This document shows positions 10,836 through 21,273 of a stretch of DNA of 64,000 nucleotides, piece by piece. The position numbers were made by a program, and so were the translations under genes. The notes beneath the pieces are model-generated. The model searched no databases and was not told where the DNA came from. It worked only from the letters and a program-made list of their open reading frames with translations. Position 1 is the first letter of the stretch, and each line of letters begins with the position of its first letter. The stretch comes from a virus (lineage: Duplodnaviria; Caudoviricetes): positions 32,001 to 96,000 of IMG/VR virus record IMGVR_UViG_3300006056_000001; one strand, written 5' to 3'.

Positions 10836-13800
10836 TAGTATGTATAATCACTGTTAGATATTTCCCTCATTTGTCTTTCAAGTAAATAAGGGTTATTTGA
10901 TGCAGATCTTTCTCTTATGGTAATATTAGAACTACCCGAGTTAGAAATTCTATAAGGACCAACAGAAGAAGGAGATAGATTTTCTCTTCTTCTAGATGCT
11001 GTAAAACTTTGATTAGTACCATAAACTTTAGCCGGCCTAGATGGGTATATAGGATCTGGAGCCAAATCTTCTGGCTGTCGGACATCTATATCTCTAGGCA
11101 TAGAAGGACCTGACATAAGAGAGACTAGTGCTCCTCCCATGACCGCTCCTGCTCCTAAGCCTGCTAAAAATTTATTGTTTGTTGCAAACTTCTTAGCTGC
11201 TAAATATTTTGATCCAGTCTTAGCTGCTTGTTTCTTTTCTTCATGTTCTAGAATAGTTTCAGCAAATTTGTTTTGTGCTATAGATTCTGGAGCACCTATT
11301 ACACCTCTCATTAGTCCTAGAAGCTCTTCGTCTTCTGTTCCTTCTTTTATAGTCTTTTGTAAAACACTTCTTATTGTACTAGGTTGTTTAGTAACAGAAG
11401 CACTAAGTACAGCTCCAACACCTACATAGGATCCTAGGAGTCTTGCAGTCTTTGAAATAACATTTGCTTCTGCTCTAGCCAGCTCTTCTTTAGAAGCTCT
11501 GGTTAGATCTCCTAGTAAAAGATCTGTAGTTTGTTTATCTAACATGCCTTTATTGGCCATCCAATCTAAGGCCATAAAAGCTCTTCCTTTTTCATTCTTT
11601 AAGAAGTCTTCAAACAGAGCAGATGCTTCTGTCTCTACTGTTTCTAAATCAAAAGAAGTTCTTCTATACTTTTGTCCAAGATTTATAAGTCCTTCGCCTA
11701 ATCCAGTTAGGCCCGCTTTTGTATGTCCCTTCTGAACTGCACCTTGGTACATGCTTTGCATTAACTGCTGTATTACAGATACTTTTTCTGGATCATTAAA
11801 TTTACTAACTATATTATCTATAATAGATGAAGGAATGCCTCTATCTAAAACACCCATTTTCTTGGCGCCTTCGGCACCATAAGCAGTTATGTTAGCCATG
11901 ATCTCATCAGAAGATCTTACCATACTGTATCCTAAAGATTTAGGCACACCAATAAAATCTTCTATATAATCTACTGCTTTAACAAAAGGTTTGGTAACTA
12001 AGTGGTTTACTAATTTTGACAATCTTCCTGCAGAAGTAGCAGAACTTGCTACTTCTAACTGTCTATTATAATACTTAACGAATGGACTAATTTTGCTAGT
12101 TTGTCTTGCAAATCTATCTTCTAAAGCTGTAGGATCTGCAAGCCCTTCCATAGAGATTAAGTTTACTACGTCACGGTCTATATCTCTTTCTACAGATCTA
12201 TGAAACAGTGGGTTTAACGTAATATTTAATTGACCAAAGAAAGAAGGAACACCAGATTTCTTGATGTGTATTTTTTGTAACATCATGTGTTCTGCTCTTT
12301 GAGCAGGATCCACACCTACTACTCCATAGAAATACCCTCGTTTCTTTACAGCATCTAATGTAGCTTTTCTATTTTCTGTGTTAGCAGGCCCTGATTTTCT
12401 TAGATACCAGTCTTTAAATCCTTCTTCACTTATATAAGAAGTATAAAATTTCTTAGGATCTAGTAAGTCTGACTTATTAAAGCCGCCTAATGTATCTGGT
12501 GAAATTCTTGCTCTAGTTCCAAATTTAATATGTAAGGTATTTGTTTTAGCAAAGATACCATCTCTTCCAGCTAAAGATTTTACAATACTACTATATTGTA
12601 AAGGACTAGATGAATCAAAACTTCTACCAGATTCTAGTTCTATTAATGACTTTAAGAACTCATGTCCGGTGTGTGACTTACCTACTGTGGTGTATCCGTG
12701 TGCTCCAGGAGTAGCTCTTAAGTACTGTAAGGGTATAGGTAAATATCTCATTTGTCTTTCTTCACCTAATACACTAATTTTTCTGGCGCTTCCTAAATCT
12801 AAGTAAGCCAGATCAGTATTTAATCCAAGAGCCGTATCTTTAAGTAAGTCTTTGTGTACTCCGCCTGTAGAATGAGCAAAAGCAGATATAGAAGGAAGTC
12901 TAGCTAATGGACTACCATTCAACTCTAGCCCACCCTTACCTAAGGTTAATATAGTAGATGAAGCATCTAAGCCAGGTGTTCCTAACAAAGCAGAGGCAAA
13001 TCTATGTAATGTGTGGTTTCTAGAGAGTGTTAATTGGTTAGATCCTTGTCTAATTCTTATTAAACCTTTTGACCAAACATCATGTTTAGAAGTTAATCCG
13101 GCAAACACAGGATCATCATATGAAGAAGAATAGCCAAGTAGTCTAGATGAATTAGCAAGAATTTGCATCTTAGATAGAGTCATTCTTACTCCTTTCATCA
13201 TATTTATATCACCCATGAAGTCCGATCTACGTCCTCCACGCATACCAAATATTTTGATTCCTTTGACTCCTTGTATTGGCAATGAGGCTTCTTCTCCATA
13301 TTCTACTCTGTTAGCAAGTAACTTTAAGGATAGATTATCACTTTTCTTCCATTCATTAAGCTTAGCAGTTGCTTGTAGGAATGCAGTGTTTGCATCTGTT
13401 ATTTCTGGAACATATGTTGATTTAGATCTTTGTACTTTTTCAACAAGATTGTTTCCAAAAGTATCTCTAAGTAATGCTTCTCCTTGAGGGTGTTGTCTTA
13501 ACTGATGTATGAAGTTTGTAGTTAGTACGTCTTGCCCGTGGGTCTTAGCAAACTCATCTGCTGCAATAACGTAGTCTACGCCTAGTCTAGATGCTAGATC
13601 TTTTAAATGACTTCTTCCTATTCTACCACCTGTAAATCTTCTTCCACCTACAACTGTTTCTATAGTCTCAGGTATGACTTTTTGTCCAGACAAGAAGCTT
13701 AATTCTATCTTATCTGGTGTCATTCTTATTTGATTTAATGTAGCTTGATTATTTGCTATTTGTAGTAGCAATCCTCTATTGTATCCTTTAGGTCCTAGTA

Positions 13801-15193
13801 TTTTTCTTATCAGTTTTTGTCTATCTGTTAAATCTCCACCAGATAGTGCTGCTCTAACATCTGCCTTTGTAAAGGCACTTGATGCATCTACTAATTGATC
13901 TCCTTTTGCAAGGTTCACTCCAAACAATTCTTCTATTGCAGATGTAACAGATGTATTAGGAGAAGAGATTTTCATCGTTCCTACGGGTGCTCGGAAAGCC
14001 AGTTTATTGGCTCCAGAAGCAGTCATGTAGGCGCCACCTTCTCCAAAGAGTAATCTAGAGTACTGTTCGTTTTCTAAGTCTACTACAGCTACTCTTAACA
14101 TCTGTTCATCAGCCATCTTAGACAACTGATGCAATCCTTTCTTAGCTGTGTGTTCTTCTATTAAAGTACCATATTTAGTAGCATATTCTTTTCCTGCTAC
14201 TAAGAACTTTTTCTTATTACCTAGGAAATCAGCCTTCCCATAGATGTAAGACTCGTCTAAACCTAAATGTTTTAAAAAGGTAGGTAAGGACTGGCTGAAA
14301 TACTCTTTTCTATATTGCTGTATAAGCTCTAGAGCTTCTGGTGTGTTAAGATCTTTATTTCTAGAAACTCTCTTAAGATCATTATACACAGATCTTCCAA
14401 CTGTCTTAGACATCATAGAGAATGCAGAGGTTGCTATTCTATATTTTGACAGTTTATCTGCGAACAGAAGGCCTTCGTCTGAATAACCTACAACCGCATT
14501 TAGGCTAGAGGCATATCCTTGTTCAAAAGGACTTTGTAGTCCTCTAGATGTTGTGCCTGATAGTGTTATAGAGCCTAATCTTAGATTATTAATATTAGGC
14601 ATGTCTTTAACAGACAGGCGGTAGTCTCTTATCTTATTTAAGGCTCCAGAAAGAGCTAAATGAGGATAGTCTCCTCGATAAGAATCTATAGACTGTGCTA
14701 TTAATTTTTCTGCACTAGAGTAATAAGTACTTAAATAACTTTTCCTTTCAAAAGAAGATTCTCCAGCATAGCCTACTAAAAGACTATTTACTTTTCTACT
14801 TCTGCCTCCTATATCAATTCCACCAAATGTATTAGCTGTTGGAAGGAACGCGGACCTTCCACTTGAGTATAAAAACAGAGCATTAGTCTTTTCGTTAAAA
14901 CCAACTTGCCCACCTACAGACTTTATTCTTTCAAATACATTTCTTGCTTCTTCTGGTACTAATCCTGACTTATGTAGTTTTTCAAACATAAAGTCAATAT
15001 TTTTACCAAAAGCTAGCTGACTTCCTTCTTCTAAATTATATGTATCTCCTTTTCTTAAGACATCCCTGTAAGAGCTAGTCTTACCCGCGCTTAGGATCTC
15101 TATAGCGGAAGCTTTCTCTTTAAACGTACTAGGCGGTCTTCCTAAGCCTAAAACATCTGTAATTGTTCTGTAGATAGGGTTATCTTGTGACAT
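10835..15193 (-). CDS. Virion protein: diverged single-chain two-barrel RNA polymerase homologue (beta + beta' motifs)
   Basis: 1452 aa; colinear matches to beta (MLRVAVVD...FGEGGAYMT; GVDYVI...GQDVL; KGVRMTLSKM) and beta' (YLPIP..LR; LAGRDGIF...GTRARISPD; ITLNPLFHRSVERDIDRD). See findings. Confidence 0.65.
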   Translation of the reverse strand: MSQDNPIYRTITDVLGLGRPPSTFKEKASAIEILSAGKTSSYRDVLRKGDTYNLEEGSQLAFGKNIDFMFEKLHKSGLVPEEARNVFERIKSVGGQVGFNEKTNALFLYSSGRSAFLPTANTFGGIDIGGRSRKVNSLLVGYAGESSFERKSYLSTYYSSAEKLIAQSIDSYRGDYPHLALSGALNKIRDYRLSVKDMPNINNLRLGSITLSGTTSRGLQSPFEQGYASSLNAVVGYSDEGLLFADKLSKYRIATSAFSMMSKTVGRSVYNDLKRVSRNKDLNTPEALELIQQYRKEYFSQSLPTFLKHLGLDESYIYGKADFLGNKKKFLVAGKEYATKYGTLIEEHTAKKGLHQLSKMADEQMLRVAVVDLENEQYSRLLFGEGGAYMTASGANKLAFRAPVGTMKISSPNTSVTSAIEELFGVNLAKGDQLVDASSAFTKADVRAALSGGDLTDRQKLIRKILGPKGYNRGLLLQIANNQATLNQIRMTPDKIELSFLSGQKVIPETIETVVGGRRFTGGRIGRSHLKDLASRLGVDYVIAADEFAKTHGQDVLTTNFIHQLRQHPQGEALLRDTFGNNLVEKVQRSKSTYVPEITDANTAFLQATAKLNEWKKSDNLSLKLLANRVEYGEEASLPIQGVKGIKIFGMRGGRRSDFMGDINMMKGVRMTLSKMQILANSSRLLGYSSSYDDPVFAGLTSKHDVWSKGLIRIRQGSNQLTLSRNHTLHRFASALLGTPGLDASSTILTLGKGGLELNGSPLARLPSISAFAHSTGGVHKDLLKDTALGLNTDLAYLDLGSARKISVLGEERQMRYLPIPLQYLRATPGAHGYTTVGKSHTGHEFLKSLIELESGRSFDSSSPLQYSSIVKSLAGRDGIFAKTNTLHIKFGTRARISPDTLGGFNKSDLLDPKKFYTSYISEEGFKDWYLRKSGPANTENRKATLDAVKKRGYFYGVVGVDPAQRAEHMMLQKIHIKKSGVPSFFGQLNITLNPLFHRSVERDIDRDVVNLISMEGLADPTALEDRFARQTSKISPFVKYYNRQLEVASSATSAGRLSKLVNHLVTKPFVKAVDYIEDFIGVPKSLGYSMVRSSDEIMANITAYGAEGAKKMGVLDRGIPSSIIDNIVSKFNDPEKVSVIQQLMQSMYQGAVQKGHTKAGLTGLGEGLINLGQKYRRTSFDLETVETEASALFEDFLKNEKGRAFMALDWMANKGMLDKQTTDLLLGDLTRASKEELARAEANVISKTARLLGSYVGVGAVLSASVTKQPSTIRSVLQKTIKEGTEDEELLGLMRGVIGAPESIAQNKFAETILEHEEKKQAAKTGSKYLAAKKFATNNKFLAGLGAGAVMGGALVSLMSGPSMPRDIDVRQPEDLAPDPIYPSRPAKVYGTNQSFTASRRRENLSPSSVGPYRISNSGSSNITIRERSASNNPYLLERQMREISNSDYTY

Positions 15194-18100
15194 TATCTTA
15201 GCCTGTCTTTAATTTCTCTAGTCTTGTCTAAAGTATATTCGCCTTCTAAGTATCTATTAGATCTATTAGGTGTAGAGAATCTTTTTATCTTAAAATTACC
15301 TTTAGATACTTTATAGTTTTGTTCCATGATAAAAGAGTCAAAATTTGAATACAAAGGAGACTGAACAAAGTTTATTTGTTGATTACCAAACTCTTTTAAT
15401 CTAGTTTTTAAATCTACTTCATGAGATTCATAGAAACCATATCTATGTATGTTATCAGAAACACCATTTATACCATGTTCTATAAATCTTAATCTAGTTG
15501 CTGCATTAGATATTTCAGGAGTCCATCCTAACCAAGAACTATCAGGAATCTGATTTTGATTGATAAAATCAAGTGCTATTTGGTCAGATTGATCTCTATC
15601 ATTAAAGTTACCTGCCCATGTTTGAGTTAATCCTCTAGTCATGAACTCAGGTAAACCTCTTAGTATTTGCGCTCGAATCTCTGGGTCTTCTTGAGACACA
15701 AAGTAGTCAAAATACTTACGGTCTGCAGATCTAGGTAGTGAAGCTCTATATCCTATAGTATTTTTTGCTCCAACCATTGTTCTATCTGCAAACTGTGGTC
15801 CTCCTCCTGCTTCTTGTATCATTCTGCCTTTTATATACCCTATGGTATCCATATACTCTATAGCATCATTTTCTTGACGTATATGATAAGGAAGAGAGTC
15901 TTCTCCTCCCATACCTACCATTCTTGCAGTGCTAAGGCCTGCTCCTAGGACAGCTCCTCCTTTAATAGCTCCTATGTTCACCATAGCGCCTCCAGTAGGG
16001 CCTACAATCGACTTAATAGGAGTGAACCACCTCATGGGTCCAGATAATAAGAACCCGAATGTAGCGCCTTTACCGGCTGCTGTAAGTGGGTCTTCTAAAG
16101 CAGTATCATAAAGGGCCGGTCGAATAACGTCTTCCCAAGGAGTATTCCAGGAAGCATATTCTGATCCTTCTACGTACATTTTTCTATACTGTTCGTATGG
16201 ACTTCTAAATGGAAAAAATTTACTACCTAAGTAAGGAATTTCTGCTAGGACATCATGTGTCAAGAAATCATATGCTTTTCTTACAGGAGCATAAATACTT
16301 TTTGCAATAGTATTCATGTTTAAAGCTATTAGGTCTTCTTCGTACCTTTTATATCTTGTGTCAACTCCAATAACTTCACTTCTATTCTCTATAGCTCTAT
16401 CTACTTTTTCTTTCCATTCATCTTCTAGCCCCATATTTAATACTATCTTTTCATATTTTTTATATGCCGCACTATAAGGAGCTACATCAGATAGTATCAA
16501 AAATTTATCAACATCGCTATAGACACCTGATCTTCCAGAGTGTAGTTTATTTAAGGCCTCGTATCCAACACCTGGTAATCTTGCTTCTCCATCCGCTATC
16601 TTAATAAATGGATCTCCCATATGGAAGTCAACAAAATAATCTCTATCTCTACCTCCTGTAGAATTAGATCCAGGAAGCCAACCAGGCATATTATTAAGTA
16701 TTGGATTGACCATTGCAGATCTTCTATACTCAGCACTATAATCAGAAAGCATATATCTTCTGATAAGCTCTGTTTGTCCAAACATTCCGTTTATAGCAGA
16801 GTCATATAGTAATCTACCGGGATCTTTCATTATGGCGCTTGTGGCATACTGTGTACCTATATCAGGACCAAAAGTAACACCAAAGAAGCTCATTGCAAAT
16901 TTATAAATACCTAGTGGCTCAGTAGCAATATTTGCTTGCTTAGCCATTGTATTTAAAAGACTCATTGGATCTTCTGCTTCGTAGGATGTAGCTGCCATAG
17001 CAGGCATACCGTACAACCTAGCTGTATTGGCAGTTAATCCTCTTTGTGCTAATCCTGCTTCTAGTAAAGGAAGTCTATCCGGCTCTCTATATCTAGTAGG
17101 CTTCATTAATTGACCAACTGTTGCACTTAATATTGGGCCAAATTCAGGGAACCTACTTAGATCAGATTCTGTGCTAATATAAGGTCTATCATTATAGTGT
17201 CTTTCTTCTAGCCTATATGGGTTGAGTATATTAAGTACTCCAAACAAGTTAGAAGGAGTAGGGAAAGGTATTCCAAAGACGTTCGCATGATAAGACCAAT
17301 ATTCTGACTTATCTCCATACATAGATTTTGTTCTATAATCAGAAGTCAGTTTATTATACCAACTAGATTCATATCTATCTGGTTTACCTCCAAAGAAAGG
17401 AAGGTAGCCTAATCCCCAAAGTCTACCTTTTCTGACAGGTACTTTTCTATCTCCACTATACTCTTCCATCAATTCTGATGGACTTTGGCCAGGATCTGGA
17501 CCTCCGATTGCTGCATATGTTCCTGCGCCAGCTAGTAATCCTTTTAAGAAACCTCCTCTTTTAAATACAGCATTTGCTGCAGCTATTGGAGCCCCAAGGC
17601 TTCTTAACACATAAGAACCATCTGAGTTAACAGATCCCGGGAAATAAGTGTCTAGGAAATTGCTAGCTGCGCCTATACCTGTTATTTGACGTGCATATTG
17701 TTGTGCAACTCTAGCTCCTGCATACAAAGAAGCAACTGCTTTTATAGGAGAGATTCCTGTGAACTTCTCTGTTAAATAATCTGCATATAAACCTGCTTGT
17801 TTAGCTGTTTCATATGCAACAGGTACTAAAGAAGACCGAATTAAGTTTTTTACAAAGCTATGATCTGGCTTCATTCCTATGCCTAATAAAGACTCTGACA
17901 TAAGACTATTCAAGCGATATAGTCCATACGTACTAACATCTCTTATACCATTCGCTGCCCTCTTTAATCTACTTCCGCCTTCTATGTCATAATAAGCATA
18001 TCTATTAGACACAGTAGGGAATCCTACTGCTGTTAGGTCTCCTTTGTCTATATCCGACATTAAGTTAACCATACTATTAGTCGTAATAGTTTTACCTGTG

Positions 18101-19560
18101 ACTTCATAACTTCCTTTCTTTACAGGTATGACTAAGTCTTGAGAAATTAAAGCTCCTCTTATATTTCTAGAATATTCCTGATAACTTCTTTTCTTGACTA
18201 TACTAACATCATCTACTATGTCAAATAGTACTCCTACTCTATTTGGGATTAACTTTGTAGAACCAGAAAGGTCTTGGAGTCTTGTTACTCTTCCTCCTCC
18301 CGGTACTTTAATATATCCTCCGCCTACTTTAGCTAGTTCTGGTAAGTCTCCTCCTAGAACGCTATCTAATACTTTAGATACAGCAAAATTATGCTTATAT
18401 GGATTATGCATAATAATACCTGTACCTTCTCTAAGAGACTTCAATCTCTTATAAGGGTTAATAGCAAGCTTTTCTATTAAAGTAGGTCTAGTAGAGAATG
18501 CAGGACCTATGCCTAAATTCTGCTCCATCCACCCTATTATTTTACCAAAAAATCCAGTTCTATTTGGTAAAGATATTTCTAATCTTCCTTGTCTAGATGC
18601 ATCTATTACTTCAAAAGGATTTCCGGTCTTTCTTAAAGACCTTTGTGTTCCTAGTAATGTTTCTTTATATTTTCCTGTAGAGGGGTTAAGACTATATCCA
18701 TAAACATTGCCTCCAATAAATACTCTGCTTCCGTTATAATTGTCTCCTGGTCCTAAGACTGCAATATTTCTAGGAGATCTAAATAAAGAACCAAGAACTT
18801 GGCCTTGACCAAACATATCAAATCTAGCAGATCTTTGATAAATAGTTTTTCCATTAATTTCTATAGGGGATACTGTACTTAATATGTTTCTAAGTCTGAC
18901 ATCTAGTACTTCTTTTCTTCCTTGATGTAAGAATATTTTAGAATCTAATATTTGATTAGATTGAACTAATCCAAGCTTATGTGCTTTTTCTACAATTCCA
19001 TATTGCTCTCCCCCTAATACACGAGACCAGTTCTTTTGATCAGAAAGAACGTCTCCAAAGGTAACCCTTTGTAAGGACTGAGGGAAGAAGCCGGTGTTGT
19101 TTCCATAATTAGCTAAAGCTCTATTTGTATACTCTACAGTCCTTTTTCCAATAGCGTCTGATATAGTCTGTCTATTATTTGATGCATTAAGGCCCATCAA
19201 CTCAATAGAGTTTCTTAAGTCATCTATAATATCTATAGGACCAAGATTGACTTGTTTCTTGTTAAAGTCATAATTAAAATCTAATAAAGATCTTAGTCCT
19301 GTAGTATTACCTTTTATAGCAGACTTTCCTGTATTAGCTGCTACATCTCCTTCTAAGTTTATTCCTTTTACCATTCCTAAGAAGTTAAATAGATTGTCAC
19401 TTAAACGTCCCCCATGGGCCAATCTACTTCTTAGTAATAACGCTCCAAGACCAATAGTACCTATACCTGCAACGAGAGGATTAATCCAATTGCGATTCTG
19501 TTGAATTGCATTAGTTCTTTCTACCTCTTTTTGCTGATTAATATAGTTACTATTATCCAT
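15193..19560 (-). CDS. Large virion protein at the tape-measure position (tape measure / ejection protein candidate)
   Basis: 1455 aa directly after the tail chaperones; several Gly/Ala-rich hydrophobic segments; no enzyme motif recognised. Confidence 0.5.
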   Translation of the reverse strand: MDNSNYINQQKEVERTNAIQQNRNWINPLVAGIGTIGLGALLLRSRLAHGGRLSDNLFNFLGMVKGINLEGDVAANTGKSAIKGNTTGLRSLLDFNYDFNKKQVNLGPIDIIDDLRNSIELMGLNASNNRQTISDAIGKRTVEYTNRALANYGNNTGFFPQSLQRVTFGDVLSDQKNWSRVLGGEQYGIVEKAHKLGLVQSNQILDSKIFLHQGRKEVLDVRLRNILSTVSPIEINGKTIYQRSARFDMFGQGQVLGSLFRSPRNIAVLGPGDNYNGSRVFIGGNVYGYSLNPSTGKYKETLLGTQRSLRKTGNPFEVIDASRQGRLEISLPNRTGFFGKIIGWMEQNLGIGPAFSTRPTLIEKLAINPYKRLKSLREGTGIIMHNPYKHNFAVSKVLDSVLGGDLPELAKVGGGYIKVPGGGRVTRLQDLSGSTKLIPNRVGVLFDIVDDVSIVKKRSYQEYSRNIRGALISQDLVIPVKKGSYEVTGKTITTNSMVNLMSDIDKGDLTAVGFPTVSNRYAYYDIEGGSRLKRAANGIRDVSTYGLYRLNSLMSESLLGIGMKPDHSFVKNLIRSSLVPVAYETAKQAGLYADYLTEKFTGISPIKAVASLYAGARVAQQYARQITGIGAASNFLDTYFPGSVNSDGSYVLRSLGAPIAAANAVFKRGGFLKGLLAGAGTYAAIGGPDPGQSPSELMEEYSGDRKVPVRKGRLWGLGYLPFFGGKPDRYESSWYNKLTSDYRTKSMYGDKSEYWSYHANVFGIPFPTPSNLFGVLNILNPYRLEERHYNDRPYISTESDLSRFPEFGPILSATVGQLMKPTRYREPDRLPLLEAGLAQRGLTANTARLYGMPAMAATSYEAEDPMSLLNTMAKQANIATEPLGIYKFAMSFFGVTFGPDIGTQYATSAIMKDPGRLLYDSAINGMFGQTELIRRYMLSDYSAEYRRSAMVNPILNNMPGWLPGSNSTGGRDRDYFVDFHMGDPFIKIADGEARLPGVGYEALNKLHSGRSGVYSDVDKFLILSDVAPYSAAYKKYEKIVLNMGLEDEWKEKVDRAIENRSEVIGVDTRYKRYEEDLIALNMNTIAKSIYAPVRKAYDFLTHDVLAEIPYLGSKFFPFRSPYEQYRKMYVEGSEYASWNTPWEDVIRPALYDTALEDPLTAAGKGATFGFLLSGPMRWFTPIKSIVGPTGGAMVNIGAIKGGAVLGAGLSTARMVGMGGEDSLPYHIRQENDAIEYMDTIGYIKGRMIQEAGGGPQFADRTMVGAKNTIGYRASLPRSADRKYFDYFVSQEDPEIRAQILRGLPEFMTRGLTQTWAGNFNDRDQSDQIALDFINQNQIPDSSWLGWTPEISNAATRLRFIEHGINGVSDNIHRYGFYESHEVDLKTRLKEFGNQQINFVQSPLYSNFDSFIMEQNYKVSKGNFKIKRFSTPNRSNRYLEGEYTLDKTREIKDRLR

Positions 19561-20164
19561 TATTAAATTCTGGTAAGTCTCCTGCTCCAGGATCAGTTAT
19601 ATTCCCGCCTATAACTGTTGCTCCTCTAAGTGATTTTAAAGCTTCATTGGCATTATTTTTATTGCCTAAATCAAGCATTTCCTTGGCTATCTTTTCTGAT
19701 TTTCCAAGTAAATCTATTTGTTTAAATTGTGTTAAATTTTCTATCTCTGATGGCTTCATGCCAGGGTAGGCTTTAGCTATCAGTATCTCTATAACACTTT
19801 GCGCAGTAGAAGCTGTATTTCTACTGTCAATTATCTTGGATTTAAAGTCTTTCTCTTCCTGTAAGACAGAAAGACTAGATATTTTTTCTGCTACACTCTT
19901 AATAAAGAAACATGGAGTCTTTGTTATCAAAAATTGTTTGTCTTTATTAGAAGTTATATAAGTCAAAGAACATATTAAATTTTCAAGCATTATCTCATTT
20001 ATAAAAGGAGATAGCTCTATTATGTACTTTGTTTCTTGTACTGTAAGAGATCTAAATATTACTACTAGATCTTTGTTTTTAAACAAGAAAAGCTGTCCAT
20101 GCTTTACTTTTGCATGAAACAGCTCTTCTATTTTAGATAGATCAAAAATATGCTTTAAGTTCAC
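19553..20164 (-). CDS. Putative tail assembly chaperone 2
   Basis: 203 aa; VIFRSLTVQE resembles YYRSINRKE of the upstream chaperone; lies between tube genes and the tape-measure-position gene. Confidence 0.5.
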   Translation of the reverse strand: MNLKHIFDLSKIEELFHAKVKHGQLFLFKNKDLVVIFRSLTVQETKYIIELSPFINEIMLENLICSLTYITSNKDKQFLITKTPCFFIKSVAEKISSLSVLQEEKDFKSKIIDSRNTASTAQSVIEILIAKAYPGMKPSEIENLTQFKQIDLLGKSEKIAKEMLDLGNKNNANEALKSLRGATVIGGNITDPGAGDLPEFNNG

Positions 20165-20165
20165 A

Positions 20166-20579
20166 TTATAATTGTTCAGGTTCTTCTTCTACACCATAGC
20201 CAGAAGCCTGCATTATTCTATCTGCTAAGGTTGCTATGACACCTGCTGGTGTATTAGGGTTTATAGGAGGATGTAGTAATCCTTTAAGTACTAGTCTCTC
20301 TTCTCCTGAATCTCTCATTCTTATAGTTTCTTTTTCTATCCAAGAGTCTAGTTCTCTTATCTTAGGGTCTTCGGGCTTTAGATTCTTACGTGCTTCGTCA
20401 GATTCAGCCTTTATTTTCTCTGTTTCCTTTATAAGAATTTCTTGAAGTTCTTGGAACTCCTTTCTATTTATAGATCTGTAGTAGTACGGAATACCAGAGA
20501 TCTTTAAAGAAAACACGCTATGTCCTTGTTCTTTTGCAGTCTTTACTAAGACGTCTACAGATGTGTCATTATGGCTCAT
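20166..20579 (-). CDS. Putative tail assembly chaperone 1
   Basis: 137 aa; YYYRSINRKEF...AGVIATLADRIMQASGY pattern; position after tube genes. Confidence 0.55.
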   Translation of the reverse strand: MSHNDTSVDVLVKTAKEQGHSVFSLKISGIPYYYRSINRKEFQELQEILIKETEKIKAESDEARKNLKPEDPKIRELDSWIEKETIRMRDSGEERLVLKGLLHPPINPNTPAGVIATLADRIMQASGYGVEEEPEQL

Positions 20580-21273
20580 ATGTTACTAATTTGATTATTT
20601 TTTTAGAAGAAATAAAGCTATAAACCTCATAAAGAGGATCTGAGCTTCCTTCTGCTCCTGCTTGGGATATAGATTGACTAAGTTCATTAAAATGAACATT
20701 TTCAAATCTAATAAACCATGTTTGATAAGCAGGATCTTGATAATATACGTCCATTATAGTATTTTCTTTAAGTAGTACTATAGGGCTATCTATACTATCT
20801 ATTCTAGAACCTAGTTGAGCAGGCGTAAATAGATTTTCTAATGCTTTTTTAGTAGCCTCTTTTGTATCTTTTTTTGATATCAAGCTGGCTATATATTCTG
20901 CTCTGGCTGCTCTTTCTTCTGGTGTTCCATTAGGAGGCAGCTCAGTGCTTAATTCTTTTTGTACATTATTTGTTAAAATATTATCTTGTTTTCTATCGTA
21001 AGAATAATTATACAGTCTAGGAATAAAAGTATTTTGTTTTTCGTAAGATTCGTCCAAAACTGTGTTAAGATATCCTGGAAAGGTAAAGTTTAAAGTTAAT
21101 AATCCTTGTACTATTACTCTTCCATAAGCTACTTTAGAAAAGAAAGGATCATTATATCCATATATAGGCACTTTTGATGCCCCTTCTTTGAACTGTAGTT
21201 GATATGCTTGGTCAATATGTATTCCATTAAGGAATACTGCAACAGTACTAGATGTTGGATATAAATGTGTCAT
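20569..21273 (-). CDS. Tail tube-like paralogue
   Basis: KVPIYGYND..FSKVAYGRVIVQGLLTLNF aligns with KAPVYSMGE..RSFSRGKRGIAGSIVFV of 22093..22779. Confidence 0.6.
   Translation of the reverse strand: MTHLYPTSSTVAVFLNGIHIDQAYQLQFKEGASKVPIYGYNDPFFSKVAYGRVIVQGLLTLNFTFPGYLNTVLDESYEKQNTFIPRLYNYSYDRKQDNILTNNVQKELSTELPPNGTPEERAARAEYIASLISKKDTKEATKKALENLFTPAQLGSRIDSIDSPIVLLKENTIMDVYYQDPAYQTWFIRFENVHFNELSQSISQAGAEGSSDPLYEVYSFISSKKIIKLVTYEP

Noticed and set aside
19553-20579. Programmed frameshift between the two tail chaperone genes
   Set aside because: No clear slippery heptamer near the end of the first ORF; the second has its own start right after the stop.
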